Of a stretch of 64,000 nucleotides of DNA, positions 1 to 12,885 are shown in pieces. Numbering within the stretch: the first letter of the stretch is position 1; each line of letters begins with the position of its first letter. Below the pieces are notes generated by a model. It was not told the origin of the DNA and did no database searches. It worked only from the letters and a program-made list of their open reading frames with translations. The position numbers and the translations under genes are program-made. The DNA comes from Eledone cirrhosa (Eukaryota), in NCBI GenBank assembly GCA_964016885.1, contig OZ024741.1:139686001-139750000 (forward strand), given 5' to 3'.

Positions 1-45
1 CAACACCATAAACACAGAAGAGCTGGCATATCTAAGAACTGACTA

Positions 46-101
46 ACTGCCTGAGGAGGTCATAGCCATTCAATGGCTATCATCGAAATATATATACCAG
101 T
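46..101 (+). ncRNA. Type I hammerhead ribozyme at the 3' end of a Penelope-like element (family C) cut by the window start
   Basis: actgc-CTGAGGA-ggtcatagccatt/c/aatggctatcatc-GAAA-tatata-TA-ccagt: catalytic core, hairpin stem II, short palindromic stem III. Close match to the motif at 39640-39697 and 42096-42150. Element ends in (TA)n at ~147-156. Confidence 0.75.
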
Positions 102-155
102 ACATAAAGGATTATGAGTTTATGCAATTGACTTATGTTGCGTCACTATATATAT

Positions 156-1238
156 ACCAAATAGAAAAATGCGTACAGCATAAAAAAGTAACATTGTTGG
201 AATATAAACCTTTAAAAATACAGGACAAGAAACTAAAATAAAACTTTAAAAGAATAGGACAAGAAACTAACATAAAACTTTAAAAGAATAGGACAAGAAA
301 CTAAGATAAAACTTTAAAGAATTGGAAAAGAAATAAAAAAATTTACAATAATATTAGTGGCAAAATTGTTATCGAGTTACACATTCATAGGCTCTGGGTT
401 CCACATTCAGAGGTCGTCGTCAGACCGAGGGGATCATTAGATCCTGTTATGAACACCAATTGGGCCATAACCATACCCCTATTTCATCATTCGGCGACAC
501 GCCTCATGTGTCATGCATAATGTGAATGGACCCATGGGACATGAGCACAGATCTTGAGCAGCAGCGGACGGTCTTGTCGTCCCGCTCATCCTTGATATTG
601 ACCAACCCGTCCATCTTCTCCTTGCATCTTGTCCTTGACTTCAAGTCCGGCAGTCCAGATGAATGCGTGCCACAGCTTTCTGGTACAGGAAGGGGGAGCA
701 GGAGGACTGGAGAGATGATGGGACGGAGGGAGGATGGACCGGTGGTTGAGGGAGGTGCCGTAGTCGGTGGTCAGAGTCGACATCTTGTCCCGGTCGTCTT
801 CTCCATCTTCGTCTGGTTTTGCGGGACCAGAAATGTATTCTTGGAGGAGACCTGCAGCTGCATCGGCCAATTCTTCTTGCAATGGTCATTCTGACGGAGC
901 AGAACTGCTCAGCCAACCAACCCCAACTAGAACCAACCGCTCAGGGGCAACGCACAATGAGAGCATGACAATTATTATGCACTAATCAAGAAGATACTGG
1001 GGCATAGCACAGAAAACAAATAAAAAAATGTTGCCACTAATATTATTGTAACATTTTTTATTTCTTGTCCAATTCTTTAAAGTGTTATCTTAGTTTCTTG
1101 TCCTATTCTTTTAAAGTTTTATGTTAGTTTCTTGTCCTATTCTTTTAAAGTTTTATTTTAGTTTCTTGTCCTGTATTTTTAAAGGTTTATATTCCAACAA
1201 TATTACTTTTTTTGGCTGTACGCATTTTTCTATCTGGT
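156..1238. repeat. ~210-bp inverted repeat pair (156-365 / 1030-1238) containing ~34-bp tandem subrepeats, enclosing a GC-richer decayed ORF
   Basis: ccaaatagaaaaatgcgtacagc...atattagtggcaa is the reverse complement of ttgccactaatatt...gctgtacgcatttttctatctgg. The unit aggacaagaaactaa.ataaaactttaaaagaat is repeated about 3-4 times. Confidence 0.85.
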
Positions 1239-2059
1239 CTTCTATTGTTTAAGGCAATGCAAGCAACAACTATCTAATAATTAAATGATAATAGTGAATT
1301 ACTGACAAGTGATTGACATTTTAAAGTTCTTTTGAGTATAATTGCAATCTAGTTGAGGCAACTGGCTTGATGACAAAGCTAGTATATCATGAATGCATTT
1401 GAGATGATTAGTGTATAATAGTGAATTGGTGAAACTTGTGCATGTCAATGGTGTTACAACAATAGATGTAAGTTATATCGTAGTAATACTTTATCATTTT
1501 AACTTTTTAGAATGGACAAAACCCATGCAAAGAAATAACTTTGACTGCAGTGATTCTCTCCAATTTACTTACAAAGCAAAACGTGGTCAAATACCTTATC
1601 ATCTCTGATAAAATGCCCATTGAATCACTGAAAATCGGATGCATGGAATTCCTCATAAATTGCACCTATGAATCGGAAGCCATCACATATATCAATGGAT
1701 ATAGGGAGTTGTTCACACTGGAAGACCATCACTTCATTTGTGACTTCATCAGTTATCTCCACGATTATCTCAGACACCCAATGCCATTGATGAGAGGTGA
1801 TCCAATGTGTGAGCATGTAACTAATCTTATAGAAGTTGTTATTGACCACCTGGCTTTTAGTGACATTTGACTGATTTGACTGATAATGATGTATTTTTAA
1901 AAAGTATGTGTACATTCTTGTTACTATTTAAGGCAATGCAAGCAACAACTATTTAATAAAATTTAAATTTAAAAATGACCATTGTGCATTACTAGTATGA
2001 TGACATTTTATTAAGTCACAAAATTAGTCAGTCAGCCATAGGACAAGGATCAGGTGGCA

Positions 2060-2722
2060 AAAACATAGGCAAAAATGTGTGTCAATTTAAGATTTCCAAC
2101 ATTGTTCAAATGAATCATATCTGATTTGAAGTCAGATTTGTCAAATTTTGACCAATTTTCAATGTTGTGAAGATTGGGCAAGTTCAATTTTTGAATCATT
2201 TCTTTCATGCACTAATTAAACTTTTCCAAACGAGAATTTCTCTTGCCCAACTCATTTTTATTTTCAATTACACTTTGTGGACGTGGAATGACACCACAGT
2301 AGAAAATGGGTGTACAGTGGTGCTTTTCCGCTATTTTCTGTAGCCTTGCAATGAGACTCCTCCCTTGTTTTTCCGGTTTTGTGCCTCGAATGGGCACTTT
2401 GTCCTTAATTTACAAATAAATGATTAATAAAAAATACTTGGTCAAAAATTATTGTATTACTTTGCACAGCTTCGTAGTGCCAACGGTGCGACGAGGATTC
2501 AGATCATTAGAGCCGAGATGAACCACCAATACTTTCACAAAAGGACAACAGATAACAATGTTGGCGATTAACATTACCTGGCCCTAACGTGCCCCAGGTA
2601 TACAAAATATCTAAGTATTTTTGTTGGTATGATAAGTAAATACATTTGAATTAATATTTTTATACCTTCTGGTCATTCGATTTCGCCACATTTCTAATTA
2701 TGGATTTGTAAAAACTGGCATG
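2060..2722 (-). pseudogene. Decayed SGNH/GDSL-family esterase (transposon-associated type)
   Basis: Minus-strand translation across stops and frameshifts gives the SGNH blocks in order: ...SIIRNV (block I-like), IFCIPGAR*, VLVVHLGSNDL (GxND), FYCGVIPRP...KFN, ENWSKF...KSDMIHLN.VGNLKL (DxxH). Confidence 0.7.
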
Positions 2723-3755
2723 AATGTGAATTTGATCAGACCAATTGCCCGATTTTAGTGAAAAGTTTTGATTCGAAATGGAAATACTCCATTTCCGTGC
2801 CATGGAAAAAATGAATAAGCCGATCAAAAAGCCGCGAAACATCATTTTTAATTAAGCGAAATTAGTGGATGCAAATTTCAGAAAATATTCTACACTATTC
2901 GCACCTATCGCACTATTCGCACCTATCGGTACAAAAAATCGCACGATTGTTAATAATACTAGAAGTGCAAACTATCTGTTGAATACGAAGAGAAACTCTT
3001 CATATATCTGGTATATGAAGAGCAACCGATACGATCGGTCGGCGATCGATCTTGAAGAAGAATGAAGAATGAAGTGAAATGTTGGTCTGGTTGTTGTCAT
3101 CGGTATTTCGCAGAGATGCCGGCACGAACAAAGGTGTCAATCAGACAGACAGTCAGACGGTGTCACAGTCGGTGCGACAAAGCGATAAATGCGATTAAAA
3201 AAAATTTAACTCACATGTTTACATATATTTTCGCAAAATATTGATAGATTGGTACAAAAAATAGCTTTGATAATAAACATAAATTTTTAACGAAGTATTT
3301 AAAAAGCATTTTAGCAGTGAAAAGTGAAGTAATGTTTCACACTGACGCAAGTAGGGCCGTTCAGAAATGACGTAGTCAATTAGGAGGAGGGGATTCGGCG
3401 AGTTGACTACATTTGACTAACGTAATCACAATCACAAGAGTTCCGCCGAAAAAATTCGTCATTTCTGGATTACCTCCCCTAGCGTCACGCTTACTACTCA
3501 CTCACTTGAACACAAGATTTATCAGCACACTTTGATTATAAACTTTTTACCGCTGGACCAAATTTCTAGATTTTTAAACCAAAAGATGCGTAATGATCTA
3601 CTGTTCATGCTCATATAAGTTTTATCTCAGTTAAATAAAGTAGAGCCGCGATGTACTGTCGTAAACAGACGATTGCCAACGAAAACACGACCATAACAAT
3701 ATTACTAAACGGACTACCGTCCGTTTAGGATATATAAATATATATATATATATAT

Positions 3756-4204
3756 GCAAAAGTTTTATTTAAATTGTTGGGATACAACAAGCAAATATTT
3801 TTATAACTGATATAAAGTACTCGACAAATATTTGGAGTAGATATACGATATTAATAAATGGAAACCATATTTATAAAACCATATTTATTTCATTTTATAT
3901 ATTTCAAGGATACCAAGTTACATTATGGTATGCCTTCATCAGACAAAATACAATATATAACAGTTTTATAAATAGACATGGACGTACCCCTTTAAAAATT
4001 GACCGTTGCTTATGGAGCAACTATCCTGATGGCCTCCAAAAGCAACGGTCTTTTTTTAAAGGGGTACGTCAATGTCTATTTATAAAACTGTTATATATTG
4101 TATTTTGTCTGATGAAGGCATACCATAATGTAACTTGGTATGCTTGAAATATATATAATGAAATAAATATGGTTTTATAAATATAGTTTCCATTTATTAA
4201 TATC

Positions 4205-4210
<6 letters not shown>
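3756..4210. mobile_element. Miniature fold-back Penelope-like element, family A (85-bp tail + ~175-bp inverted arms), inserted in (TA)n
   Basis: Arms 3841-4017 and 4034-4210 are reverse complements. Tail and arm ends match the termini of the elements at 14497 and 33614. Flanked by (TA)n. Confidence 0.85.
4101..4165 (+). ncRNA. Type I hammerhead ribozyme (family A pLTR)
   Basis: tattttgt-CTGATGA-aggcatacca...tggtatgctt-GAAA-tatata-TA-atgaaata. Stem I tattttgt pairs with atgaaata including G-U pairs. Antisense copy lies in the left arm. Confidence 0.75.
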
Positions 4211-4238
<28 letters not shown>

Positions 4239-4240
<2 letters not shown>

Positions 4241-5530
4241 CTTTGATTACAAATGAGTGTTTGAGTAGAGAGTTATTGTTTACGGAGGCATATCCGGGTG
4301 TAGGAGACTTATCCGGGATTTCTTGATGGAATTTATCCAAAGACTTCTTGAACTTGATGGGGTCTGTCTCTGCTTTGATGTGTTTTGGTGTAATGTTAAA
4401 GAGTGCAGGGCCAATTGAGTTGAAATAATTGTGCCGTATTGTTCTTATGTGATGCGAGTGAGATTTTTGTCGTGGGCGGATAGCACGAGACCCAAGCCTT
4501 GGGTGTACACTAAAGGTGATGCCAACATCATTTGCGCAAAGCTGATGGAACATTGTCCACATCATACAGAAATATGTTGCGGTCACGGCGAATTTGGAGA
4601 GAATAAAGTTTGAACTTTTCTAATCATCTCCAATAGTCAAGGCCTGTCATGCCATCTATCATTTTTTGTAATTGACCTTTGGGGTGCTTCAACTTTCATG
4701 ATACTTTCGTGTGCGGTGACCACAGTTGACAACAGTATTCAAGGTGGGGTCGGGCAAAAGTGGAGAAGAGAAGGATAACAGTGTGGATATCTTTCGACTG
4801 GAAAGTTCTAAGAATCCAGGAACACATTATGCGGGCCATATCAACTTTGCTATTTATATGAGTGGCCCAGATTATGTTGTTGTCCACAATTACTCCCAGG
4901 TCTCTGATGTTATTGGATGCCACTAGAATGTCACCCGAAGGAAGAGAGTATGGTAGTTTCAGAGCATCCTTTTTTCCAAAGTGAATTAATTCAAGTTTAT
5001 CTTCATCCAACAGCATATTATTCATTTCTGCCATTGGATAACAGCAAGTATGTCTGACTTAAAGCAAGTCCGATCACCCACCTCATTGATGACCCTTTGG
5101 AGCTTGGAATCGTCCGCGAAGATTCTGATGTTGCTGTGCTTGATGATGTCAGTAATGTCATTAATGTAGATGATGAAAAGAAATGGGCCCAACACAGTGC
5201 CTTGTGGAACACCACTGCTGACTTTGGCAGGGCTTAAATTTACTCCTTCGACTACAACATGCTGGGTTCTGCCTGTCAGGAAACATTTGATCCACTGTAG
5301 TAACCTTCCAGAGACACCAACATAACATTGGATAGCTTTTTCAGTAGAATCTTATGATCAACCCTGTCGAAGGCCTTGCTGAAGTCAAGGTAGACGACAT
5401 CAGTGTTGGAGCCCTCTCCCAAGGCTCTCAAAACATCGTCAAAGTGATGCAAGAGCTGCGTTAGGCAGTCGCTTCCATTACGGAAACCATGCTGGTTGGA
5501 GTTCAGCTGGCCGTTGCTTTCAAGCATGTA
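4239..5530 (-). mobile_element. 5'-truncated, disrupted CR1-type LINE (RT domain to 3' end)
   Basis: QHGFRNG..CLTQLL, YLDFSKAFDRVDH, SGVPQGTVLGPFLFIIYIND, IFADDSK and RPHLEYCCQLWSP occur in broken frames. The 3' end abuts (TA)n. Confidence 0.9.
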
Positions 5531-5589
5531 TCCGAACATATCCGAAATTTATGACGATAAATAAAGCAATTCAAAATTGTGTTTTATCA

Positions 5590-5667
<78 letters not shown>

Positions 5668-5731
5668 TGATAAAACACCATTTTCAATTGCTTTATTTAT
5701 CGTCATAAATTTCGGATATGTTCGGATACAT
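5526..5731. repeat. 68-bp inverted duplication centred on a (TA)n tract at the LINE 5' junction
   Basis: 5526-5593 (atgtatccgaacatatccg...tatcatctc) is the reverse complement of 5664-5731 with about 2 mismatches. Confidence 0.9.
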
Positions 5732-8700
5732 AAATATGATAACGATTTGCATATTATTCCTGATAGCAACCTACCAATTTGAGAGATGATAATAATAAAA
5801 GAATATAGAAGAAAAGTATTCCGCTATAACAAGTTTCATATCTTTGTGGCAATATTCTTTTTTCTTAACTGGAACTCTCTTGCTATGATGTTAGATGTAT
5901 CAATTTGTATTATTTGATCACAGATTTTAAACACCAGATTTATTATCAAAGTACTTTTAATATGGAAATGATTATCAGTACCATATATATAGGGAAAAGT
6001 AATTAGACACTCATCTGTGCAATCTTCTTCTTCATAAGCTTGAGAAAATGTCAGATGATATTATTGTATGTGATTCCACACCATCACTAGAGCTGTATTT
6101 TGAAAACATTCAGTTCTTTATGATGTACTGAAACTGATTATATATATTGAATTCAATAATCTTGAAGATACATAAACTTAGTCTAATGACCTGCTAGTAA
6201 TAATAACCATTTCGAGGTGTTCTTAGAAGTCAAATATCTCTAATACCCGATGTCCGGTATCAGAAGCTGATTTTATACGAATATTCAGTTGGCCAGCGAG
6301 AGTTTGATCCAACGTTAAGACATATAGCTGCTTGAATCGATTTACTAACAATAGTAACACAAAAAACACAGCCTTTCTTTAAATCCAATTTTATATAATG
6401 ACTGCTCTACTACATTATTATTTTCTGCAGTTGATTTTATTGTTCTGTTTCATAGCAAGGTGTCATGTAGTGCTGTCTGTTATCAAATGGGTTACCTGAC
6501 ACAGTTTCAGTCAAGCCTGAAACACGGTAATTGATCTGCTAGCAATAACAATCAATAGAATTTGAAATTATAACGCATGTGTGCTGTTTTTTTTAAGCCA
6601 AATATCCCTAAAAGAAATGTTCGAGTTTTGAAACTGATTATATATTGTTTCATATATTCAATTTAGTAGTATAGTAAATATGAATCATTGTATGATATGT
6701 AATAAATGATAGATTCATAAAGCCGGTAAAAGTATGTAAAGGGCAATGGATGACAGATAAAAACAAAACAAAATAATGTTTATACCAAATATATTATATA
6801 ATCTATAATACAGATTCATGCCCCCTTTTCAAATGTAAAAACAAAATTGGTATAAAAGAACGAACGCTCACATTCCTTCTGTTTTTCACAGTTTTTGTAC
6901 TTCAGACTGGTGAGAAGACTAAAAAAGACATAATTATTTCAAATGAAAAATTATCAATGTGCATAATTCATGAGAGTCACTCTGAACCATGCAATGCAAA
7001 ACTGAATGTTTAATGCTCTTAATGTACCTCATTTCACAGCTGGTGCACATTATACTACGCATGGAACATTACATAAGATTTCAAAATGTGTTTTCATTGT
7101 TACATAATCTCCTATGGAGAAATCTTTAAAATACCCGATAGGAAGTGAAGTATTGTTGAAATGCATCTATTCGCACAAGATTATATTTCTCTCTTAATAT
7201 TTCCATTATTTCAATAAGCATACAAGCTGTTGTAGATGAAATTATGCCAAAATTGTGTTTGTATAGATCCTTCATCATTGAAATAGCTTTGTAGCTTACT
7301 TTCTTTTACTTTCCTTTTTCTTCTAATAATTATATAAAACGTCATTTGTTTTATTCAGATCACACTCACATATATCACTATATTTTGTTTCCTCTAGAAA
7401 TATAATTCTTCAATTTGCAGCTGCGACAGGCAATTCGATCGAATAAATTACATCTAGAAATCATCATGAAATCAATCGATTAGCATAGAATCAAATAAAC
7501 ATCTCTCATTGGTTTCTTTAACCGTTATTCCATATAGAAAATTAAGTTTTTGACCAATGCATAACATCTGCCTGTTATTTTGATGAATATATATTGAAGT
7601 TATTACTGATACATTTTCTCTTCACGTTTTAGCGGAACTTATTTCCTTAACGAGCACTTACTTACATTTGTATTAATAATACATCATAATGTACCGCGTG
7701 AAGCCGGATTAAGAAGATATACTTCAAAAACATTGAAACAACACTAAAACTGTATTACACTAAAAATGGAAGTATTTAATTCATGTCAAATGCAAATTTT
7801 CGGAGCTATTTGTCTCCTGATTCAGATTCTATAAATGTTTGAATTAACAAATACGTTTTTGAATATGTTCTACTAAATTACTACAGAATATTAAAAGTTA
7901 AACTTAAGAGCGGTTGAATTTCGTGTAAATATCTTAAATGAAATGTTTCCGTGTGAATATTGCTATATAAGTATTATCATTATATGTGTTCAATATAAAA
8001 CACTGAATAGTTGCCTATATGTCTATCGGGTTAAGGATTCCCGTCACCAACCACTTGGTCCTATGTTCAATCTTCCTTCGATTATGATTCACCATGTGTT
8101 TTCATCTTCAGTTACTCTCCGAGGTGGTCGACTTGGAAAAATGTTCTGCTGGAAGACCAGCAGTCACTCATACATTTCATTTTACTCTGTCTCCGCCACT
8201 GAAGCTGGCCGAAAGAAAGGACAAATGATGCCACAAATAGAAAGTAAAATGTTGATACTGCCTAGCACAAGTGGCGTTACAAATAATTTTCTCTAACACT
8301 TGGATGGAAGGACAGTAAAATATTGTGTTTTGCCCAAGGGCAAAATCTGCCTCATGCGCAGGAAATTGGAATCATAAAATTAGGATCGTTAGAGCAATAC
8401 ATTATCCACAAAACCCCGCGACATCCTTATTCACAGGTTATATTCCCTCAAAATCCAACGGCAAGTGGTAACGGTTCCAGATTACTTGATGCGAGATAAA
8501 TGTTTTTATTTTAAGAAATGACATTACTGCAAACCTGTTATATTTTGTTTTACACAGCCAGTAATAAGACTGTTAAACTATAGGTAGCCTAATCAGTTTT
8601 ATACGTTCCTTTGTGTCAAAATATTTTGATATAAATAATTTATGACATTGAAACGTTCATACTCTCATATATAGGAATATTATGTAAATTATTCAACTCA

Positions 8701-10058
8701 CTATCGGAATAACATGCATTGGTTTCACGACAGTGCAATGTATCTTTAAGCGGAAACATTCTATTTCATGTTGATTCTGTCCAATTAGCTGAGAAATATG
8801 GGACTTATCATTAATTCCAAGTCCCAGTGTTGTATCTTACTGTGTAAATACGAATCTTCCTGAGAATATCGTTGATAGTACACATGATTGTATAATGCTC
8901 AGAATATGCACGTTAATTTCACCAGCGGTCGGTTCTGTTCATCAAACATCTGCTGCACTCATCATAATAGCCGACGGAGACCCCTTCCATACACACTTAA
9001 TCTCTCTCGCTCTCTTCCTCACACATAAATGCAAATTTAAATAAACATTCTTCGATTTGTGCTGGTCTAAAAAATGTGTATAATTTCTAAGATATAATGT
9101 TTCCACATGAATTATTTATAAAATGTATACGTTGATATTTATGCCATTATATACTGGATATCCTATGCACGCTATCCAATAATTTTTTTTTTTTAAAGTA
9201 ATTACAAAACAGAAAATATAGCGCCCCGCTAGTAGCCACGGTACTATACCATAATACATATTCAATGGATTCAGCGGACGATTTGTGCATGTAGAAATGC
9301 ACGGTAGCATTGTGAATGTCAGTGTGGAGACTGGCCTAAGTTTCTTTCATGCATCAATGTCACCATCTTTCATCTATGATTTACTACACGTCTTTTCCTC
9401 TCTTTTGTATATATATATATATATATCTTCTCTCACTCACCTATTGAATCGCACAAGTTGCGAAATTAATCGGTTTTACTCACATGGTTTTTCGAATTAT
9501 CTCGAATTCAAATTCTAAGCAGCGCACTAATTCTGTATCGCTGTCTAATCGCCTGTTGATATTTATTGTCCGGAAAGGCTTTACGCCCTACCATTGTTAC
9601 TGTTGCACCATTTTCGCCATGTTATTTGGACAGTAGAGCCGAATGCTACCATTCTATTGTACAGCAATTGAAAACTGATTTTCTCTAATAACCGATTTTT
9701 CACTTGCTTGTTAATTTGTGTTTGACTTGAGATATCTTGGTGAGTCCTTATGGAGGGGCTGAAGGAATAGAATTTCGACTCCTACCATCACGTAAATTTC
9801 TGAACCCGTAGCCAATCGGTTAACCACATTTTGATAACGCATAGGGATAACATTTACAAGTGTACTACTGTGCCGCCTGTTGCATTCACTGCGATAGGTG
9901 GCATGGACTGGAATCGAATTCTGTAAATCAATTGGTTATTGATTAGACGAGACCCACCGCTGAAGCCGCATGCGCTGATTGTGCATTGTTGCATAATAAA
10001 TGCAGACAGTAGATGATGTGCGCCCTCTTGCTGAATTAAGTGTGGCGGAAACTCGAGT

Positions 10059-10102
10059 ATGGGTATTGATGTATGGTACCCATTTACATGTGTTGTATTG
10101 AA
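10059..10102 (+). CDS. Candidate first coding (signal peptide) exon of the Cys-loop channel gene
   Basis: ATG...TTG AA|gtaaat is 44 nt (phase 2), compatible with the phase-2 acceptor at 21886. The join gives MGIDVWYPFTCVVLN-VSGVLG-VTKEQ, a plausible signal peptide. It follows a CpG-richer stretch (~9500-10050). The donor is weak and this is unverified. Confidence 0.3.
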
Positions 10103-10230
10103 GTAAATAACTTTGTGTCTTAACTGGGATTTTTACATCACGTAACCTATTGAGTACGATGAGATGCAACCAGTACTAGCAGGGGAACTTATGCTAGTCC
10201 CTTCAACATCTTATTATATATATATATATA

Positions 10231-11841
10231 CAGTACCCCGCAAAAGTTTACAACACATTAGGAAAAGTGTGGTTTTAGGTATTTTTAATAAAGTTAGGGT
10301 AATGAAAATTTAACTACTGAAAGAACATATAATGAGGCATTTAATGATACAATCATATTTTTTAAAAAATAACAAGGAAATAACTCATTAAGAAAAATCA
10401 ATATTTTTATAACGCAAAAGTTTACAACACATTTATTAAATCATCTCTTAATATTTCGTAGCGTAACCTTTGTTGCTAATTATAGCCTGTGGGCGTTTGG
10501 AGTAGCCTCCTACAAACTTCTTGCATGTTTCTTGGCTAATATTTTTCCATTCTTCACAACAAATTTTCTTTAGTTCAGGGATATTTTGGGGTTTCCTTTT
10601 TTGAATTCTGAGTTTCAGTTCTCTCCACAAATTTTCGATCGGGTTAAGATCTGGAGACTGACTTGGCCATTTTAGAACATTTATTCCATTCGTACTTAAC
10701 CAAGATTGTGTTAGCTTTGCAGTATGCTTTGGATTCTTATCTTGTTGAAAAAAACAACCTGGCTTTAAGCTGAGAGAATGTGCACTTTGATGTAAATTCC
10801 TTTGCAAAATACCTCTATAATAAGCGCCACCCATTCTTCCTTCTATTATTTCAATATTTCCTACACCTGTGACACTAAAGCAACCCCAGACCATGATTGA
10901 TCCACCTCCAAATTTTACAGTTGGAATAGTATTCTTCAGCGAATATTCAGTACTTTACTTTCTCCAGACTTTTGCCACAGCATTTCGACCAAAAAGTTCA
11001 ATTTTTGTTTCGTCCGACTAAAGTACGTCTTCCCAAAATGATGCAGGTTTGATGGGATCATTTGCAAAGTTTAATCAACGAAGAACGTGTTTCCTCGTAA
11101 GAAGTGGTGTTTTCCTTGGAGACCTCGAGAAGATATTATATCGACGAAGTGAACGACTAATTGTATCTGTGCTCACTTTTACTCCACTTTCTTCTAGGTC
11201 ATCCTGAAGATTTTAAAGTGTACACCGGGGTTCGTTGCCAACCTTTCTCATCAATAACCGAGCTGCACGTTCCGTTACCTTTCTAGGACGACCAGAACTA
11301 ATTAGAGGACAGATGGAATGATGAGATTTCCAGTGACGAATTATAGTACCAACTGAACTGAATGGCACATTTAACTGACAAGATATCTTTCTATAACCAA
11401 CACCATTTGTATGAAGATCTACAATGCTTTTACGGAGGTCTTGATCAATCAGTATATTTTTCCCCATATTGTCAATGTTTACAGGATGGTTGTCAATGTT
11501 TACAAGATGGTTGTCAGACAAATAATGACGTAATGGCTTTAATAGTTTTTAGAAGTTACCTTAAACCTAATCTAGAACATTGTACTGAATTTTAAATCTG
11601 AAAATTTAAGAATTTTTTTGAAAAAAAGCGATAAATATAAAATGTGTTGTAAACTTTTGCGTTATAACAATATTGATTTTTCTTCATGAGTTATTTCCTT
11701 GTTATTTAAAAAAAAATATGATTGTATCATTAAATGCGTCATTATATGTTCTATCAGTAGTTAAATTTTCATTATCCTAACTTTATTAAAAATACCTAAA
11801 ACCGCATTTTTCCTAATGTGTTCTAAACTTTTGCGGGGGAC

Positions 11842-11843
<2 letters not shown>
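10231..11843 (-). mobile_element. Full-length Tc1 (DD34E) DNA transposon with ~200-bp IR/DR terminal repeats; transposase disrupted
   Basis: TA|cagt...actg|TA ends. The repeat gcaaaagtttacaacacatt occurs twice per TIR (10231-10434 and ~11640-11843). Motifs SDETKIELFG, MVWGCFS, QQDKNPKH and SPDLNPIENLW are present, with stops and frameshifts. Confidence 0.95.
10448..11468 (-). pseudogene. Tc1 transposase pseudogene
   Basis: N-terminal paired-like HTH (MGKN...GVGYRKIS..L...SGRPRKVT) and the DDE catalytic domain are split by in-frame stops and frameshifts. Confidence 0.9.
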
Positions 11844-11874
<31 letters not shown>

Positions 11875-11911
11875 AATTCAGCTAGAATCGCATTTCGGCG
11901 GGTAGAAATAT

Positions 11912-11955
<44 letters not shown>

Positions 11956-12237
11956 CGTGTGTGTGTGTATGTGTGTGTGTGTGCGTGTGTGTGTGTGTGT
12001 GTGTTTGTGTCTGTGTGTATGTGTGTGTGCGTGTGTTGGCAAATTGGTAGAATGGTTGAAGAATCGGTTTCAAACGCTAGCATTATTTGTTCCACTGTTC
12101 TGAACCCTGACTTCAAATTTCTTCATTATCCCATCCATCTTCTTGAAGTAAAAGCAAGGAATGTGGCATAATTGTATTACAACATTGCGTGGGTGTATGT
12201 TTATATATTATTACTTACCTTAATCGGCCCACGATTT

Positions 12238-12415
12238 GGCAGTATCAGTAGAGGGTTGGACGTCATACTGTCTAGCATAGTTACGTCCTATTACGGTCTG
12301 AGTTCAAATCCCATCGAGGTTAACTTTGCCTTTCATCTTTACGGGGTCGATAAAATTAAGTACCAGTAATGTACGGGTGATTTGCTGGCCTTGTGCCAAA
12401 AGTATAAACAATTAC
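12238..12415 (+). mobile_element. tRNA-derived SINE
   Basis: ggcagtatc.gtagaggg...gagttcaaatccc (B-box)...actttgcctttcatc...ggggtcgataaaa.taagtaccag. Same family at 20262, 40111, 49945 and 59240. Confidence 0.8.
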
Positions 12416-12819
12416 TTACCTTAATCATTTTAGCTATCTACAAAATATATAATAAATTGAACAGTCATCTCTTTTGGCCACTAGAATAGACAAAAGTACT
12501 CTAGAAAATTCGAAGACTTAGTCTTCAAGTATATTGCAAGCCAGATTTGCTTCCGCTGCTTCAATTATATAAGTCTCCACGCTTCGGAGAAATGATTAGT
12601 CGAGGGATAACTATTTTCGATTTATTATATTTCCACTCGTAACCAAACGATGGGCCAGCTCAAAAGTACCTCCTCTGATATATAGTCGTGGCCATGGCTG
12701 GATCATGAAACAGATGGTAACACATACATGTTAAGTGTAATAATCGTTGTTTATAATATGCATATATGTACATATATATGTTCGTGTGTGTATATACATA
12801 TAACTATATGTGAGCATAC

Positions 12820-12882
<63 letters not shown>

Positions 12883-12885
<3 letters not shown>

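Noticed and set aside
220-345. Regularly spaced ~34-bp repeats resembling a CRISPR array
   Set aside because: Tandem repeats without unique spacers, in a eukaryotic context with no cas genes.
3756-4210. Classifying the small palindromes as MITEs with a TA TSD
   Set aside because: Asymmetric tails, hammerhead motifs and identity to the termini of RT-encoding PLEs point to retroelement origin.
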